NCBI GenBank assembly: GCA_040954595.2
Contig: CM082577.2
Coordinates: forward strand, 12,903,903 to 12,967,902
Direction: 5' to 3'
Origin: Balanoglossus misakiensis
Taxonomy: Eukaryota > Animalia > Hemichordata
DNA: 64,000 nucleotides
Numbering within the stretch: position 1 is the first letter of the stretch; each line of letters opens with the position of its first letter. A model generated the notes under the pieces. It was not told the origin of the DNA. It saw nothing but the letters and a program-made list of their open reading frames with translations, and ran no database searches. This document shows positions 63,350 through 64,000 of this stretch, one piece after another. Both the position numbers and the translations under genes were made by a program.

Positions 63350-63592
63350 CACGACCACCCACCCATCCTTTCGTCCCTCCGTCCATTTCATCGTAAGATA
63401 GTCATAACGACAGTAAATGCGACATAATCTCCCTTTTGACCATGCTCACTCAATCTACGATAAACAGGATGTTCTTTAAAATGTTAAGATTTAAATAAAC
63501 CAGACAATGAAATTCAGTAACATACCGTCACTTGGGTCTGGTTCGTAGCGCTGGGCTGTGTCCTGGTCATCTAGTGTAGCAGATTCTGTGGT
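60909..63592 (-). CDS. Kringle + short-chain collagen C4-like domain protein (5' end outside window)
   Basis: Minus-strand exons 63592-63526, 63014-62748 (Kringle: [54 protein letters not shown]), 61999-61922 ([18 protein letters not shown]) and 61396-60909 ([35 protein letters not shown]). Phases are compatible. Confidence 0.88.
62045..62507. repeat. Compound microsatellite (ATGT)n/(ACGT)n/(ATGC)n/(GT)n
   Basis: Directly visible; lies in an intron of the Kringle-C4 gene. Confidence 0.97.
63208..63352. repeat. (CT)n(CA)n microsatellite
   Basis: Directly visible. Confidence 0.97.
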
Positions 63593-64000
63593 CTGAAAAA
63601 ATATGAAAATATCAATATCACACTAAAAAGAAACATATACATTTTGAACATGTTTAATAATTTGTCATGTACTGTATGTATTTAACCGACTATAACAGAA
63701 AATTTAAAAACCGATGATATTTCCTCATCCCTATATCCATTGCCAACAAAATATCAGAAAATGATATTATGTAGCCTTTTAACCTGTGTACGCGGTAAGA
63801 AAACAATGTCTTAAACTTTCCACATTTTTTAGATTATTTTGCGAGCCAATAACTGTATAAAACTGAGGACTATCACACAAGTAAAGATTTTCACCAAACA
63901 AATACACTGGAAACATTACATCCGTAAATTGGCGACGTGGAAAACTCATATTTGCCGTGGAGAAAAGTATTAATGCCATCCTTTGAACTTCAAAACCTAG

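Noticed and set aside
61913-63427. Long ORFs (MYVC/HTYI/HT/CV repeats)
   Set aside because: They are translations of stop-free microsatellites.

Overview
Eukaryotic, AT-rich, intron-containing DNA, most likely a marine invertebrate deuterostome (the taxon is a guess from gene content). Positions 1-~54,000 are a head-to-tail array of five 10-16 kb units. By manual GT-AG exon walking, each unit carries one 13-exon gene (~650 aa): signal peptide, two C-type-lectin-like domains, then a polycystin-1-like (PKD1L/REJ-type) GAIN domain with an intact GPS (C-x-YFDE..W..DGC..T-x-C-x-C-x-HL|T-x-F). The frame stops 18 residues after the cleavage site, so no transmembrane region is seen. Copy A is cut by the window edge, B-D look intact, and E is a pseudogene. 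Comparing paralogues gives filled and empty sites for many insertions (Kolobok, CACTA/EnSpm, Harbinger, AcademH-like, Helentron-like, a LINE tail, a hammerhead-like fragment). The best-preserved element is a 2.3 kb Crypton (DUF3504-type tyrosine recombinase, one intron). It has an asymmetric inverted repeat and a long terminal hairpin whose mismatches read as tandem GA/AG pairs and a GCGAAGC apex on the bottom strand. Two non-coding elements in the window share this end design. The right end holds two convergent short-chain-collagen-C4-like domain genes (one fused to a Kringle), an orphan signal-peptide exon and microsatellites. All gene models and family names come from reading the sequence; no database search was run.
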